Assembly (NCBI GenBank): GCA_965263355.1
Contig: CBDHHL010000032.1
Span: 3,840,001 to 3,904,000, forward strand
Direction of reading: 5' to 3'
From: Leptolyngbyaceae cyanobacterium
GTDB lineage: Bacteria > Cyanobacteriota > Cyanobacteriia > Phormidesmidales > Phormidesmidaceae
Length of the DNA: 64,000 bases
Under the pieces are notes generated by a model that ran no database searches, was not told the origin of the DNA, and worked only from the letters and a program-made list of their open reading frames with translations. Positions 30,418 to 41,051 of the stretch are shown one piece after another. The translations under genes and the position numbers were made by a program. How positions within the stretch are numbered: the stretch's first letter is position 1; each line of letters starts with the position of its first letter.

Positions 30418-30579
30418 AACACAAAGGTACTTAAAGCAAAGGTCTTGGTTGCGCCATGGCCGAGATCATTACACTAAAGTGCAGACATCTAAATAACTCA
30501 GATGCAATGACTCAAATACACAAATTATTCCTTCATTAGTCAGTGCTTCTGAGTATCTGCTACGAAAATCCTTTAGGTT

Positions 30580-31056
30580 ATGACCGTCTTTCAACACACT
30601 AGTCTTATTGCTGCATCCCCCGAAGAGGTATGGCGTTTTCATGAACGTCCCGACGTTCTTAATTTGCTTACTCCGCCCTGGCAACCTGTCGAAGCTGTTC
30701 GTCGTGACGGGGGGCTAGGCCCTGGGGCCGTTAGTGAGTTTCGCCTATGGTTAGGCCCTATTCCCATCACCTGGCTTGCTCGCCATACTGATGAGTACGA
30801 ACCTAATCGTCTGTTTACCGATATCCAGGAAAGCGGCCCATTAGATGCTTGGACCCATCGTCATCGATTTGAGCCAGAGGGGGAACAGACCCGGTTGATT
30901 GACGATATTACATTTACGTTACCGATAGAGTGGGCCAGTGAACCGATAATTGGTTGGTTTGTCCTGCAGCGTCTGAGGGATATGTTTGAGTATCGACATC
31001 AGGTGACGCGGGAAGCTTGTGAGCAATTATTCTCAAAATCCCTTCCCTCTCCTTAA
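30580..31056 (+). CDS. SRPBCC family protein
   Basis: VWRFHE..LTPPW, FTDIQESGP..WTHRHRF. Confidence 0.85.
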   Translation: MTVFQHTSLIAASPEEVWRFHERPDVLNLLTPPWQPVEAVRRDGGLGPGAVSEFRLWLGPIPITWLARHTDEYEPNRLFTDIQESGPLDAWTHRHRFEPEGEQTRLIDDITFTLPIEWASEPIIGWFVLQRLRDMFEYRHQVTREACEQLFSKSLPSP

Positions 31057-31064
31057 GGAGAGGG
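31045..31064. repeat. Cyanobacterial-type palindromic repeat between convergent genes, possibly terminator-like
   Basis: CCCTCTCCTTAAGGAGAGGG perfect palindrome. Confidence 0.6.
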
Positions 31065-31081
31065 ATTTAGGGTGAGGGGAC

Positions 31082-31543
31082 CTATGCGATATCTGTTGGT
31101 AGGTTATCTTTTTGGTTTAACTGTTGCAACTGTGTCCGCATTACCTGCTCCAGCATGGTTCTTGGCACCTCAACGCCCTGGCCTTTGCCCTTTTCCTGCA
31201 TGAAAATAATACTGTCCACCTGCTTGAGTGATAGAAGCTGAAACAGTAAGTGGGTACTTGGATGAGGTAAAGCCATCATCTGAGGATTATCGGCTGCGCT
31301 AGCTGCTGCTGATTCTAACGATGGGTATGCATAAATAACCGTCTTAGTTGCGTTTGGATCTTGCCGACCGCGAAGGGTGGTCATCACCCATCCCTGGCCT
31401 AGCGACTGGATGACATAGTACAGCTGCTTTGGCAGTTGGCCCGCAATTTCCTTTAGTAAGGGCGCAACTAATAAGATAGCTTCGCCCGTTATCTGATCCG
31501 GAGCTTCATCAATCAAAGTTTGAATTTGTTTTTCGATATCCAT
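31082..31543 (-). CDS. Conserved cyanobacterial hypothetical protein
   Basis: Intact 153-aa ORF divergent from hetZ; WVMTTL..VIYAY motif. Confidence 0.7.
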   Translation of the reverse strand: MDIEKQIQTLIDEAPDQITGEAILLVAPLLKEIAGQLPKQLYYVIQSLGQGWVMTTLRGRQDPNATKTVIYAYPSLESAAASAADNPQMMALPHPSTHLLFQLLSLKQVDSIIFMQEKGKGQGVEVPRTMLEQVMRTQLQQLNQKDNLPTDIA

Positions 31544-31633
31544 CCGATTTTTTTGATAGTTTCGTGAAAATTACTGACTTTTGTTAGAACGTGCGGAAAA
31601 CTGTCTATGCTCAGGTGAGGTAATGCCTGAGAC

Positions 31634-32803
31634 GTGCTAGCTGTAATGACCACGCTGCTAATGCTTGAGGAAACGTCTACAACACTTGTAGAAGCACTGA
31701 ATAAAGAAGTTTTGCTGCTGCTTAAGCAAGCGACCAAAACCTCTGAAAGAAGCTGCCAGGCCGTTGCTAATCGCATCTGTAGCGAATCGCTACGTATTTG
31801 TACAGAAAGCCAACGCATTCAAGACTCTGGAGATGTAAAAAGTTGGGCATTTAACCTCGCTCATCATCGGGTTGACCAGTGCATTCGCTATTACAAACTT
31901 AGCTCTGAACGGGGGCGAATCGAGCTGCATAGTACCCTCAGTGCCATTATTTATCGATATATTTCAGTTCCCTACGCTCAGACTAGTTATCAGGCACGTC
32001 TTTCCCTGATTGAAGATTTTCTACAAAATTTTTATAGCGAAGCCATTAATGCTTTTCGGCGGGAAAATCAGATGGCAGCTAACTTTCAACCCCGCACTGT
32101 CCTGGAACTGGCCGAATATATGGCGTTTACTGAGCGCTATGGTAAACGTCGTATTCCCCTAAGACGAGGTCGGAGTCAGCAGCTGATTATTTTGCGTGCT
32201 CAAACCTTTTCTAAACAGCAGCCTCCAGAAACTGCGGTGGACATTGAGCAAGCCACTGAGGCAGCCAATGAAAACGACCAAGCGTGGAAAAATGCCCCCG
32301 TCCAGCGTCTGCGGGAAGAAATTTTGCTTCAGTCAGATACTCAACCGGAGGATAATCTGCGGGAGCGCGTGGTGGATGAGCTGATGGTCTATCTCAAAGA
32401 GAAAAAGCAGGAGGACTGTGCTGACTACTTTAGTTTGCGGTTAATGGATTTACCCGCCAGTGAAATTGAGGCGCTACTAGGTCTGACATCCAGGGAGCGA
32501 GATTACCTGCAACAGCGATTTAAGTATCATTTGCTGCGTTTTGCCTTGACCCACCATTGGGAATTGGTGCACGAATGGCTCGGTATCGAGTTAGAAAAAA
32601 ACTTGGGATTAACGCCTCAACAGTGGGATCACTTACAAGAAAAAATGGATCAAAGCCAGACAAAGCTATTGCAGCTTAAGCAACAGGGACTTTCTGATAC
32701 CGACATATCCCAGACATTGGGCTTAAGCTTGACTCAAATTAGAAAGCATTGGTCTAAACTTCTGGAACAAGCTTGGGAATTGCGTAATTTATCAGTTGGT
32801 TGA
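31634..32803 (+). CDS. hetZ: HetZ / HetZ-related protein
   Basis: LELAEYMAFTERYGKRRI, QQLIILRAQTF, RERDYLQQRFKYH; directly followed by a PatU-like gene. Confidence 0.8.
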   Translation: MLAVMTTLLMLEETSTTLVEALNKEVLLLLKQATKTSERSCQAVANRICSESLRICTESQRIQDSGDVKSWAFNLAHHRVDQCIRYYKLSSERGRIELHSTLSAIIYRYISVPYAQTSYQARLSLIEDFLQNFYSEAINAFRRENQMAANFQPRTVLELAEYMAFTERYGKRRIPLRRGRSQQLIILRAQTFSKQQPPETAVDIEQATEAANENDQAWKNAPVQRLREEILLQSDTQPEDNLRERVVDELMVYLKEKKQEDCADYFSLRLMDLPASEIEALLGLTSRERDYLQQRFKYHLLRFALTHHWELVHEWLGIELEKNLGLTPQQWDHLQEKMDQSQTKLLQLKQQGLSDTDISQTLGLSLTQIRKHWSKLLEQAWELRNLSVG

Positions 32804-32895
32804 TGATCAGCCAGTGAAGTCTTTTGTGTGTGTTGCCAGCCGAGCTAAATTTTTTACACTCTCGGCTTTATTATCCGGATCAGGGACATTTATTC

Positions 32896-33894
32896 ATGAA
32901 TAGTGAGTCAGAAAATTTGAAGCGTGTATTGCTAGAGTTTTTAACTTTTGACCGCTCGGCATCCTCTATATCAGGGAGTGAGCCTACCCCACCGACAGGA
33001 TCCAACCCATCAGCAGTTTGTGCATCTGAAGTCGGGTCTGATGCTGGTTCAATTGATTATTTATTTGAAACGGGTCAGTCGTTTAACTTCGGAGATAAAA
33101 CCACTGTGCAAGATCGTTTCCACACACTTTTAAAGCACCGATTCCAAACAGAGTTCGAAAATCGGCCCCCTCTGTTTCCTTGGGAAGCAGAAGTGCGTGA
33201 GTATCCGACTGAGATACCCATGCCTGCCTATGCCCAACCCATAAGCCGCCTGTGGCTTGAAAATCCACTTCGGTTCAGTATTTCAAGCAAGCTGCCTGAA
33301 ACTGTTCTTCATCAGTTATTAGACCGTTGCCAAAGTATGGCTCAGTCTACGCAGAAACAAGGTGTAAAGCTTGTCAAAATTGTGGAGTCTATGTTTCCAG
33401 ATTCCCTGGATGCATTGGAACCCATTGCTAATATTGTTTTAACTCCCGCCTTTCGGGATCCCACCCTCAAAGAAGCCACGCTGCAGGAGGTTGAAAACCT
33501 AGCAGGTGGATATGACCAGGCGACTCCAGAGCAGCAGATTGCCTTGGCTATGTTGGCATCGATGGAAATTATGTCGGCTCTGGCATTAACGGTATCGACT
33601 GCTGAGCCTACGATTGGTCGTGATTGGGTAACTCCTCAGGGTGTGGTTCATGTGGATGTGAACTATACAGGCGCGGTGCTGATTATTAATGCCACTATGC
33701 CGGTAGGCGGCATGATTCAACTGGTAGGCGCTGATGCTGATAGCCGGTCATCTCGCCCTGAAGCAGGCTTGCTAACCTTGGCGCAAACGGCTCCAGTGAT
33801 TGGTGCTTCATATTCTTTGGAAGTTTCTTTAGACGATGATTGTCAACGACCTTTGCGCTTTTCAGTCATGGTCGTAGAGGCATCAGCGAGTTAA
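32896..33894 (+). CDS. patU: PatU-like protein
   Basis: VQDRFHTLLKHR...PPLFPWE motif; synteny with hetZ; ATG 32896 preferred. Confidence 0.72.
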   Translation: MNSESENLKRVLLEFLTFDRSASSISGSEPTPPTGSNPSAVCASEVGSDAGSIDYLFETGQSFNFGDKTTVQDRFHTLLKHRFQTEFENRPPLFPWEAEVREYPTEIPMPAYAQPISRLWLENPLRFSISSKLPETVLHQLLDRCQSMAQSTQKQGVKLVKIVESMFPDSLDALEPIANIVLTPAFRDPTLKEATLQEVENLAGGYDQATPEQQIALAMLASMEIMSALALTVSTAEPTIGRDWVTPQGVVHVDVNYTGAVLIINATMPVGGMIQLVGADADSRSSRPEAGLLTLAQTAPVIGASYSLEVSLDDDCQRPLRFSVMVVEASAS

Positions 33895-33924
33895 GCCCGC
33901 TAGGATAAGAAAACGCTGGCTAAT

Positions 33925-36228
33925 GTGTTTGTGCGTTTACCTAATATGGCTGTTCCAAGTTCTACCTCCCATAATTCGCCTAAAGGTTTGAGATCACCAT
34001 GGCGGCAGTGGCTTTCAGCCTTGCCGCCATCTGTGTCTGAAGACTCAATTATGTTGCGGGTTTTGGTGCAGTGTTTGGTAACGGTGGGGATTGGTAGCCT
34101 GAATGTTGCTGCCGCTGGGGTGACTGATACATCCATGGGGAATTTACTGGCCATTCCCCTTAGTGCTGTAGGTGCCTATTGGAGCTGGCGTAGCCGTCGT
34201 CGTCGTAATATTGCTGCTAAATTTTTGATTGCCTTGGGTATGTTGGTTGCCCTGGCATTTTTTTTAGGGCGAATGCTTCGGATACCAGGGGATACCAGGA
34301 TTGTACTGGCAGAACTGTTGATCCATTTGCAGGTGCTCCACAGTTTTGACCTGCCTCGTCGTAAAGATCTGGGCTATTCCATGATGATTGGTTTGATTTT
34401 GGTGGGTGTAGCAGCCACTATCAGTCAAACCTTGGTGTTTGGTCCATTTTTACTGCTGTTTCTATTGCTGGCACTACCAGTTCTGGTTTTAGATTATCGC
34501 TCTCGATTAGGGTTATTGCACTGGCGGGGATTGGCAGTGGCGCTACCGTTGCGTCAGCTGGGGGGGATCATTGCCGCTGTGCTGGGGCTGGGGTTGATGA
34601 TTTTTGTGGCGATGCCGCGGCTACCTGGTTATCAGCTACAAACGTTTCCGGTGAGTGGCAGCATTGACGTGACTGGGGAAGTGAGTGAGCGCAAGATTTT
34701 TAACCCAGGTTATGTAAATCGCGGTGATGATAACCCTAGGGCAACAGATAATAACCCAGGTGATGGAGTTAGCCCTGAACGGGGTCCCGGTCGCATTAGT
34801 CCTGATTTTTACTATGGCTTTAACCGCAGAATTAACCAAAACTTGCGGGGAGAGCTAGAACCCAAAATCGTCATGCGAGTGCGATCGCAACGCGCTGGTT
34901 TTTGGCGTGTCATGGCGTTTGACAAGTACACTGGTCAAGGTTGGGAGGTATCTCGAAATGATAGCCTTGTCGATCTTAGACGTGAACCTCTGTCCTATCG
35001 GTTTTTGCCACCGCGTCTGCATCCCTTGGGACAAACCCAAGAGGTGGTTCAAACCTATACTATGGTGCAGGATTTCCAGAACCTGATTCCTGTACTGTAT
35101 GCTCCAGAATCAGTTTATTTTCCAGCCGATGAGCTGGCGATGGATCCGGAAGGAGCCATGCGTCCCTCGGGTTTGTTGCCAGAAGGGCTTACCTATACGG
35201 TGGTTTCTAGAGTCCCCGTACGGGATCTGGCACAGCTTAACCAAAGTACTACAGACTATAGCAAGTCGATTCGCCAGCACTATTTGCAGATACCCCCTGA
35301 GATTAGCGATCGCATTCGGATGGAGACCGAACGTTGGCTAGCCACAGCAGAGGAGCCCCTGACCACACCCTACGAAAAAGCCGACTTTTTAGCCCAAGTA
35401 TTGCGGGATAATTACACCATTGATACAGACCTACCGTTCTTTGATGCAGACGAAGATCTAGTCAGTGCTTTTTTATTCAAATACAAAGGCGGCACCCGCG
35501 ATCAGTTCTCTACAGTGTTAACGATGATGCTGCGGTCCATTGGAATTCCGGCGCGTTTGTCAACAGGATTTGGTCCAGGGCAGTTTAACGCCTTTACTGG
35601 GTTTTATATTGTGCGTAATACCGATGCCTATGCCCTGACCGAAGTATATTTTCCTGACCAGGGTTGGTTTTATTTCAATCCCATTCCCAATACCCTGCTG
35701 TTTTCACCTGACGATAGTGGTGCGCATCCCTTTGCCGTACTACGACAGCTGTGGCGCATATTTGTCGGGGTTTTACCAGCCCCTGTTGCCCAATTTTTGC
35801 AACGCGGTTTTCAATGGTTGATGGTAGTGATTGGGATGGTACTGAGCTTGCTGACCCGCCTAAACGGTCAGGGGTGGCTAAGTCTTTTATGGTGGGCTGT
35901 AGGGTTGACAGGGTTAGGGTTCTTGGGTTGGTTAATTGTCCAGGGTTGGCGACGTTGGCAACGTCAACTGAGACTTAACCGTCTTGATCCAGTGGAACAA
36001 ATTTACCAACAAATGTTGTGGGTGCTTGCCCAGCAAGGCTATGGCAAACGGGCCAGTCAAACCCCGTTGGAATATGCGGCAGAATTACAGCAGCACTCAG
36101 ATTTTCGTCAGGGTAATTTGGTCCGCCAGATGGTTGATCGCTATGTGGGTTGGCGCTATGGCAACCAATCGTTAAACGTAGATGGATTGCAAGGAGATTT
36201 ACAAACCTTGAAGCGCTCTGGGCGCTAG
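33925..36228 (+). CDS. TgpA-like membrane protein (DUF3488 + transglutaminase-like + DUF4129)
   Basis: N-terminal TM bundle, WRVMAFD, GIPARL..GF, QTPLEYA. Confidence 0.85.
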   Translation: MFVRLPNMAVPSSTSHNSPKGLRSPWRQWLSALPPSVSEDSIMLRVLVQCLVTVGIGSLNVAAAGVTDTSMGNLLAIPLSAVGAYWSWRSRRRRNIAAKFLIALGMLVALAFFLGRMLRIPGDTRIVLAELLIHLQVLHSFDLPRRKDLGYSMMIGLILVGVAATISQTLVFGPFLLLFLLLALPVLVLDYRSRLGLLHWRGLAVALPLRQLGGIIAAVLGLGLMIFVAMPRLPGYQLQTFPVSGSIDVTGEVSERKIFNPGYVNRGDDNPRATDNNPGDGVSPERGPGRISPDFYYGFNRRINQNLRGELEPKIVMRVRSQRAGFWRVMAFDKYTGQGWEVSRNDSLVDLRREPLSYRFLPPRLHPLGQTQEVVQTYTMVQDFQNLIPVLYAPESVYFPADELAMDPEGAMRPSGLLPEGLTYTVVSRVPVRDLAQLNQSTTDYSKSIRQHYLQIPPEISDRIRMETERWLATAEEPLTTPYEKADFLAQVLRDNYTIDTDLPFFDADEDLVSAFLFKYKGGTRDQFSTVLTMMLRSIGIPARLSTGFGPGQFNAFTGFYIVRNTDAYALTEVYFPDQGWFYFNPIPNTLLFSPDDSGAHPFAVLRQLWRIFVGVLPAPVAQFLQRGFQWLMVVIGMVLSLLTRLNGQGWLSLLWWAVGLTGLGFLGWLIVQGWRRWQRQLRLNRLDPVEQIYQQMLWVLAQQGYGKRASQTPLEYAAELQQHSDFRQGNLVRQMVDRYVGWRYGNQSLNVDGLQGDLQTLKRSGR

Positions 36229-36580
36229 CACTCTGGTGGTTGTTTCTACCCGCAATTTCATTAGCTTTTTGGACAGCCTTAATAATAGTCATCCGTTAGG
36301 GCGAGGTATCTGTCAATAAACGTAGCCAGCTAGGATGCTGAAAAAAACTGTTGACATCTATCAATGCTCCTAACGGTTAATACCATTATGATTGCCTACA
36401 ATCACGTTAGTGATATCAACCTTGTCCACCTCCAGAACTGTAGTTTTGCCGTCAAGGAAACTCCAGGTTTCAAATTGGACTTGGTTCAACATCTGTCAGG
36501 TTAGTTAGGACGGTGGGTATTCCTAAAATCCTTGATGTACCAAGCTAACCTGACCCGTAATCGGCGAATTTATCCGTTGA

Positions 36581-37897
36581 TTGCTACAAACGCGACATAA
36601 AAGAGGTCAGCTCGTGGTCAGTCTAAAACAGCTTGTTAAAAATCCCCTCAAAGTATTTGGCAATGGTTTGAAACCTTCCCAGGCATTTCAAACAGACGTT
36701 TTTGATAGTCATGTGATGACTACCTATGGGCGTTTTCCTTTGGCCCTGACCCGAGGAGTAGGCTGTCGTGTATGGGATGACAAGGGCAGTGAGTATCTGG
36801 ATTTTGTCGCTGGCATTGCTACCTGTACATTAGGCCATGCCCATCCGGTCATGGTGGAGGCAGTGACCCAGCAGATTCAAACGCTGCACCATGTTTCCAA
36901 TCTGTATTACATTCCAGAACAGGGAGCCCTGGCCCAATGGCTGACAAGCCATTCCTGTGCAGACCGAGTATTTTTCTGTAATTCGGGGGCGGAGGCGAAC
37001 GAAGCAGCGATTAAACTTGCGCGCAAGTATGGTCACACTCAACTGGGTATCGAGGAACCTGTTATTATCACTGCTAATGAAAGTTTCCATGGGCGTACTC
37101 TAGCAACCATTACAGCCACTGGTCAGCCTAAGTACCAAAAGAACTTTGCGCCACTGGTGCCTGGGTTCCACTACGTACCATTTAACGATAGCGAGGCATT
37201 GGAAAGTGCGATCGCATCCTTGAATGCCAGTGGTCCCAAGGTTACGGCTATCCTGTTAGAAGCTCTGCAGGGAGAAGGTGGCGTAAACCCTGGCAATATT
37301 CAGTATTTCCATCGGGTGCGAGAGCTGTGTGACCAACACAAGATTTTATTGATCCTGGACGAGGTACAAGTAGGCATAGGCCGTACGGGCAAACTCTGGG
37401 GTTATGAAAACCTCGAGATTGAACCTGATGTCATCACTGTCGCCAAAGGCTTGGGGGGTGGAGTTCCCATTGGCGCTATGCTCTGCAAATCCAGCTTTGA
37501 TGTGTTTCAACCGGGTGATCATGCCAGCACCTATGGAGGGAATCCATTTGTATGTGGTGTGGCGCTTGCCGTTTGCCAGACCTTAGAGTCAGAGAATCTG
37601 ATGGCCAATGCTAGTGCCAGGGGGCAGCAATTACGTCAGGGCCTCCTGCAATTAGTCGATACCTATCCCAATTTATTTGAGCAAGTGAGAGGCTGGGGAT
37701 TGATCAATGGTCTTGTAATCAAGATAGAGGCACCGTTAAAATCCCTTGACATTGTTAAAGCAGCTATGGCTAAAGGATTACTATTGGTACCGGCAGGTCC
37801 CAATGTAGTTAGATTTGTCCCACCTTTAGTGGTAACCACATCGGATATTGACGAAGCCCTTGAGAAGCTCTCAGCTGCCATCAAAAATGTAATTTAG
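36581..37897 (+). CDS. argD: Acetylornithine aminotransferase (class III); exact start uncertain
   Basis: YLDFVAGIA, FCNSGAEANEAA, SFHGRT, DEVQVG..RTG, AKGLGGG. Confidence 0.92.
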   Translation: MLQTRHKRGQLVVSLKQLVKNPLKVFGNGLKPSQAFQTDVFDSHVMTTYGRFPLALTRGVGCRVWDDKGSEYLDFVAGIATCTLGHAHPVMVEAVTQQIQTLHHVSNLYYIPEQGALAQWLTSHSCADRVFFCNSGAEANEAAIKLARKYGHTQLGIEEPVIITANESFHGRTLATITATGQPKYQKNFAPLVPGFHYVPFNDSEALESAIASLNASGPKVTAILLEALQGEGGVNPGNIQYFHRVRELCDQHKILLILDEVQVGIGRTGKLWGYENLEIEPDVITVAKGLGGGVPIGAMLCKSSFDVFQPGDHASTYGGNPFVCGVALAVCQTLESENLMANASARGQQLRQGLLQLVDTYPNLFEQVRGWGLINGLVIKIEAPLKSLDIVKAAMAKGLLLVPAGPNVVRFVPPLVVTTSDIDEALEKLSAAIKNVI

Positions 37898-37921
37898 AAC
37901 ACAAATAATCATAACTAAAAG

Positions 37922-37957
37922 ATGGGTTTGTATTCTCTTTAAAGAATATGAGCCCAT
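37922..37957 (+). terminator. Hairpin downstream of argD
   Basis: ATGGGTTTGTATTCT / AGAATATGAGCCCAT imperfect stem. Confidence 0.5.
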
Positions 37958-38309
37958 TCTTACTATAATCAATGATACGGAATCTTGATTACTAGTCCCC
38001 GATATCGTGTGATTACTAGCTCCTGATGTCGTGAGGGCAATCACACGGGATTGTCTCTGTAGGCTGATGCCTCTTAATAGGGTTTAAGAAATCAGGATTG
38101 GGTATACTCATGGCATTGTTATTGTCCTATAAAACGAATTTATTTGATTGGTAATCCCTAAAGGTTCCCTAAAAATACGACAAATTACGTATATTTACTA
38201 TTTTATGTTGTGATTATTTGTCAATTCCCAGCATTCCTAATGAGGACTATACTATTAGGCAGTGTATCGCCGAGCTTGTACGCAGGTAAGTTATTGGAAT
38301 AGATCTTCA

Positions 38310-39326
38310 ATGTCATCTCCCATTATTCTTGTTGGGCTCCCTCGTAGTGGTTCAACGCTAGTATCCCGGATATTAAACGAGAGTCTCAATTGTTTCGTTA
38401 TTAACGATTTTTACTATCTTCAATATGTTGAAAGCGTTAATGGTTATACCAAGTCTGATCAGCATACTAAAGCACTCTTAGTTGATTTCATTGTCAGTCA
38501 GGTTAGAAACCGCACAAAACCAGAGGATTTAGACGATGAAGTTTGGTTTGGGCTTCCTTTCTCAGAGATAGAATTACAAAAAATTAGTGCCTTCGCAGAT
38601 GCTTATAAGGCAAATGGCGAGACTAAAACATGGGCGCAAATTTTGCAAGATATTATGGAGTTTTTAGCTGAATTAGCTAATAAACCAATTTGGGGATACA
38701 ATACACCGCAAGATTATTTGAACTTTAATGTTATTTCTGATGCATTTTTAGATGCTAAATTTATTTTTCTTCTGCGCTCACCCCTAGCAACATTACTGTC
38801 ATATAAGTATTACTGGACAACCGCTCCTAAGTTCCACAATGATAGGGGCCGTTATCATCCTGTTGTTCAGTCCTTGGCCTGGAAGACTTGTGTTAATACC
38901 TACTTTGATCTTAGGCAAGAACATGGTCAATCCTGTTGTATGCTGATTAAATTTGAGGAAGTACTTAATAATACTGATAAGGTTTTAGCTGATATTAATA
39001 ATTTTGCAGGTATTGAGTTTCCTGAGATAGATCTTGCTGCCTTTGGTCATAATTCTTCGTTGAGTAAGAGTGGTAAAGAGAGTCAGCCAAAGAGAATTAC
39101 GGGGCTTGAAGCCAAGATTTGCTACCTTTTGACTAGAAAAATGTTGCCTCAGCTAGGCTATGACGATTTCTCAAATCAAAAAGTGGGATTTGTAGATTTC
39201 TTCAATTTGTTAATGACTACGTTTAGAAACTCTGCTTATTATTTTCGTCAGATTGTTTTTTCTCGAAATGTGCGCAAGAGAGTTTTTAAGTTTTTGAATC
39301 AGGTTACTTTCCAGACTGAACATTAG
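38310..39326 (+). CDS. PAPS-dependent sulfotransferase family protein
   Basis: GLPRSGSTL 5'-PSB loop; LRSPLATLLS 3'-PB; IKFEEV. Confidence 0.85.
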   Translation: MSSPIILVGLPRSGSTLVSRILNESLNCFVINDFYYLQYVESVNGYTKSDQHTKALLVDFIVSQVRNRTKPEDLDDEVWFGLPFSEIELQKISAFADAYKANGETKTWAQILQDIMEFLAELANKPIWGYNTPQDYLNFNVISDAFLDAKFIFLLRSPLATLLSYKYYWTTAPKFHNDRGRYHPVVQSLAWKTCVNTYFDLRQEHGQSCCMLIKFEEVLNNTDKVLADINNFAGIEFPEIDLAAFGHNSSLSKSGKESQPKRITGLEAKICYLLTRKMLPQLGYDDFSNQKVGFVDFFNLLMTTFRNSAYYFRQIVFSRNVRKRVFKFLNQVTFQTEH

Positions 39327-39354
39327 ATAATTGTTGACTTTGTATGGCTCTCAA

Positions 39355-39392
39355 AAAAGACCTGTAGAATTTTTTAATTCTATAGGTCTTTT
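39355..39392 (+). terminator. Intrinsic terminator after the sulfotransferase
   Basis: AAAAGACCTGTAGAATT / AATTCTATAGGTCTTTT. Confidence 0.7.
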
Positions 39393-39568
39393 AGAAATCC
39401 TGGTTAGTAGCAGTCAATATCGCGGGGCATCCACAAGGGAGTGCCCCTGCAGGATTGCTCATTTTAATCGGGTTTAATGAATTCGGATTGGGTATTAGGC
39501 CGCAAAGGTTTTTGCTAATGTTATCCGAGTTAGGTTGAGGATCTTCAAATAGATTGACTGCTGGTAAA

Positions 39569-39595
39569 CTGCCTTAGTGAGGCTCACTAAGGCAG
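39569..39595 (-). terminator. Hairpin downstream of the 2OG-Fe(II) oxygenase
   Basis: CTGCCTTAGTGAG-G-CTCACTAAGGCAG. Confidence 0.55.
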
Positions 39596-39629
39596 CTTTG
39601 AGAGGCTTGTAGACTAAGTGATCTGATAG

Positions 39630-40532
39630 TTATCGCCAGCCAATCAATGCTTGTCTTTGTCGAGGGGACAGCATAGTTTGAATGGTTGACCAGGCATCAT
39701 TTTCTTCGTAGGGGCACCATTTGCGGCATAGGGTGATGTTTTTTGGGGCCATGGATGTATAGGCCAGGGTCAGAGAATAGCGCTCTTTTTTAGGGACTGA
39801 AGCGTGGTGAAAAACGCTGACCGTATCTGCAATAACAACCGTGCCTCGTGAGCCCAGGCATTGTTGCCATGCCTGGGGAGGAACTACTTGAGCCATGTCA
39901 TGATCGCGGATAGTGTTTTTCACATGACGAAATTGCTTGTAAGAGGGTGTGTGCTTTTTAGGAATATACTCAAATGGTCCGCTATCTTCCCCAACATCGT
40001 TAAGGTAAATAATAACTTTAACGACTTTGTAGTCTTCACCATCCTGATGCCATAGACGTACACCTACTTGTTTGTGGTTAGGGACTTCTCGACGTAACGC
40101 ACATCCCAAGTAAGCCACAGGCTGCTGTAAATAGCTTTCGATCAAATTTAGCCATCGTGGCTGTAACCCCCATGTAAACAGATCGGGGTATGCCATAAGT
40201 TTAGGAGCATTGATACCTGTACTATGACTGGCTGCTGCACGCTCTCCTTTGAATTCTACTGAGGAACCCTTGGGTAAACGCTTCAATGCAGAATCTGCTA
40301 GCGATAGCATTGTTGATGTGTCCAGTAATGCTAAATCGTTCAGTGTTGTTGTGCACACGCCTTCATGACGCAGCTGAGAGACTAGTAAACGATCCTGTGT
40401 GTTGAGTCTGTGACTTGGACGTAGCTGAAAACTTCGTAAGTGAAAATTAGCTTTTTTAGACGCTCTTGTCACAACATCGGGAACTTTTAAGAGCATATGT
40501 TGTCGCGGGTTAATGATATACAAACACACCAC
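39630..40532 (-). CDS. 2OG-Fe(II) oxygenase (PhyH-like); start uncertain
   Basis: WHQD, IYLNDV..GPF.YIP, DT..FH facial-triad pattern. Confidence 0.8.
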   Translation of the reverse strand: MVCLYIINPRQHMLLKVPDVVTRASKKANFHLRSFQLRPSHRLNTQDRLLVSQLRHEGVCTTTLNDLALLDTSTMLSLADSALKRLPKGSSVEFKGERAAASHSTGINAPKLMAYPDLFTWGLQPRWLNLIESYLQQPVAYLGCALRREVPNHKQVGVRLWHQDGEDYKVVKVIIYLNDVGEDSGPFEYIPKKHTPSYKQFRHVKNTIRDHDMAQVVPPQAWQQCLGSRGTVVIADTVSVFHHASVPKKERYSLTLAYTSMAPKNITLCRKWCPYEENDAWSTIQTMLSPRQRQALIGWR

Positions 40533-40971
40533 CCTCTGATCGCCTGAGCAGGAGATGAAAGTCCGTTTATAACTGTCTCCGAATGGGGAATAATAGGTGC
40601 TATCTGTATGAGAGATAAAAAATCTAGCTAAACTTGAAACTAAGTAGGTGGTCCTAATTAGCTATCAAATATTGAGGTCCCTTTGCCCAGTTCTGGGGGA
40701 GACTGATTCGAAGCCCCAAATCTAGAGGCTTGGGAGTAAAATCTCGAAAGTTAAACAAGTTGTTCGCATTTTATAAAGAATTGAACTGACCCACTTATAC
40801 ACCGAGAAAATAACCTGACAGTTTGTTGAATAGATGATGGCCTTGGACGGAACCTAGGAAGGTTTAGGGTGTTAGGACAAAAATGACACAGACTAGATAG
40901 ATTCTCCTAGACCACCTGTGTTTTATTAACCTGAAAAATACAAATTGAAAATCTTTTGTTAAGGAGGTGTC

Positions 40972-40994
40972 AAAGCGCTGCTCAGCAGCGCTTT
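40972..40994. terminator. Palindromic hairpin downstream of recF
   Basis: AAAGCGCTGCT-C-AGCAGCGCTTT. Confidence 0.55.
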
Positions 40995-41051
40995 TTGTAA
41001 CTCAAAACTTCGTGTCTCTACGCACAAGTGCGTATCTTATTTCAGCCAGGT

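Noticed and set aside
37986..38033. Possible CRISPR repeats
   Set aside because: Only two adjacent imperfect 24-mers with no spacer; no cas genes or array seen anywhere in the window
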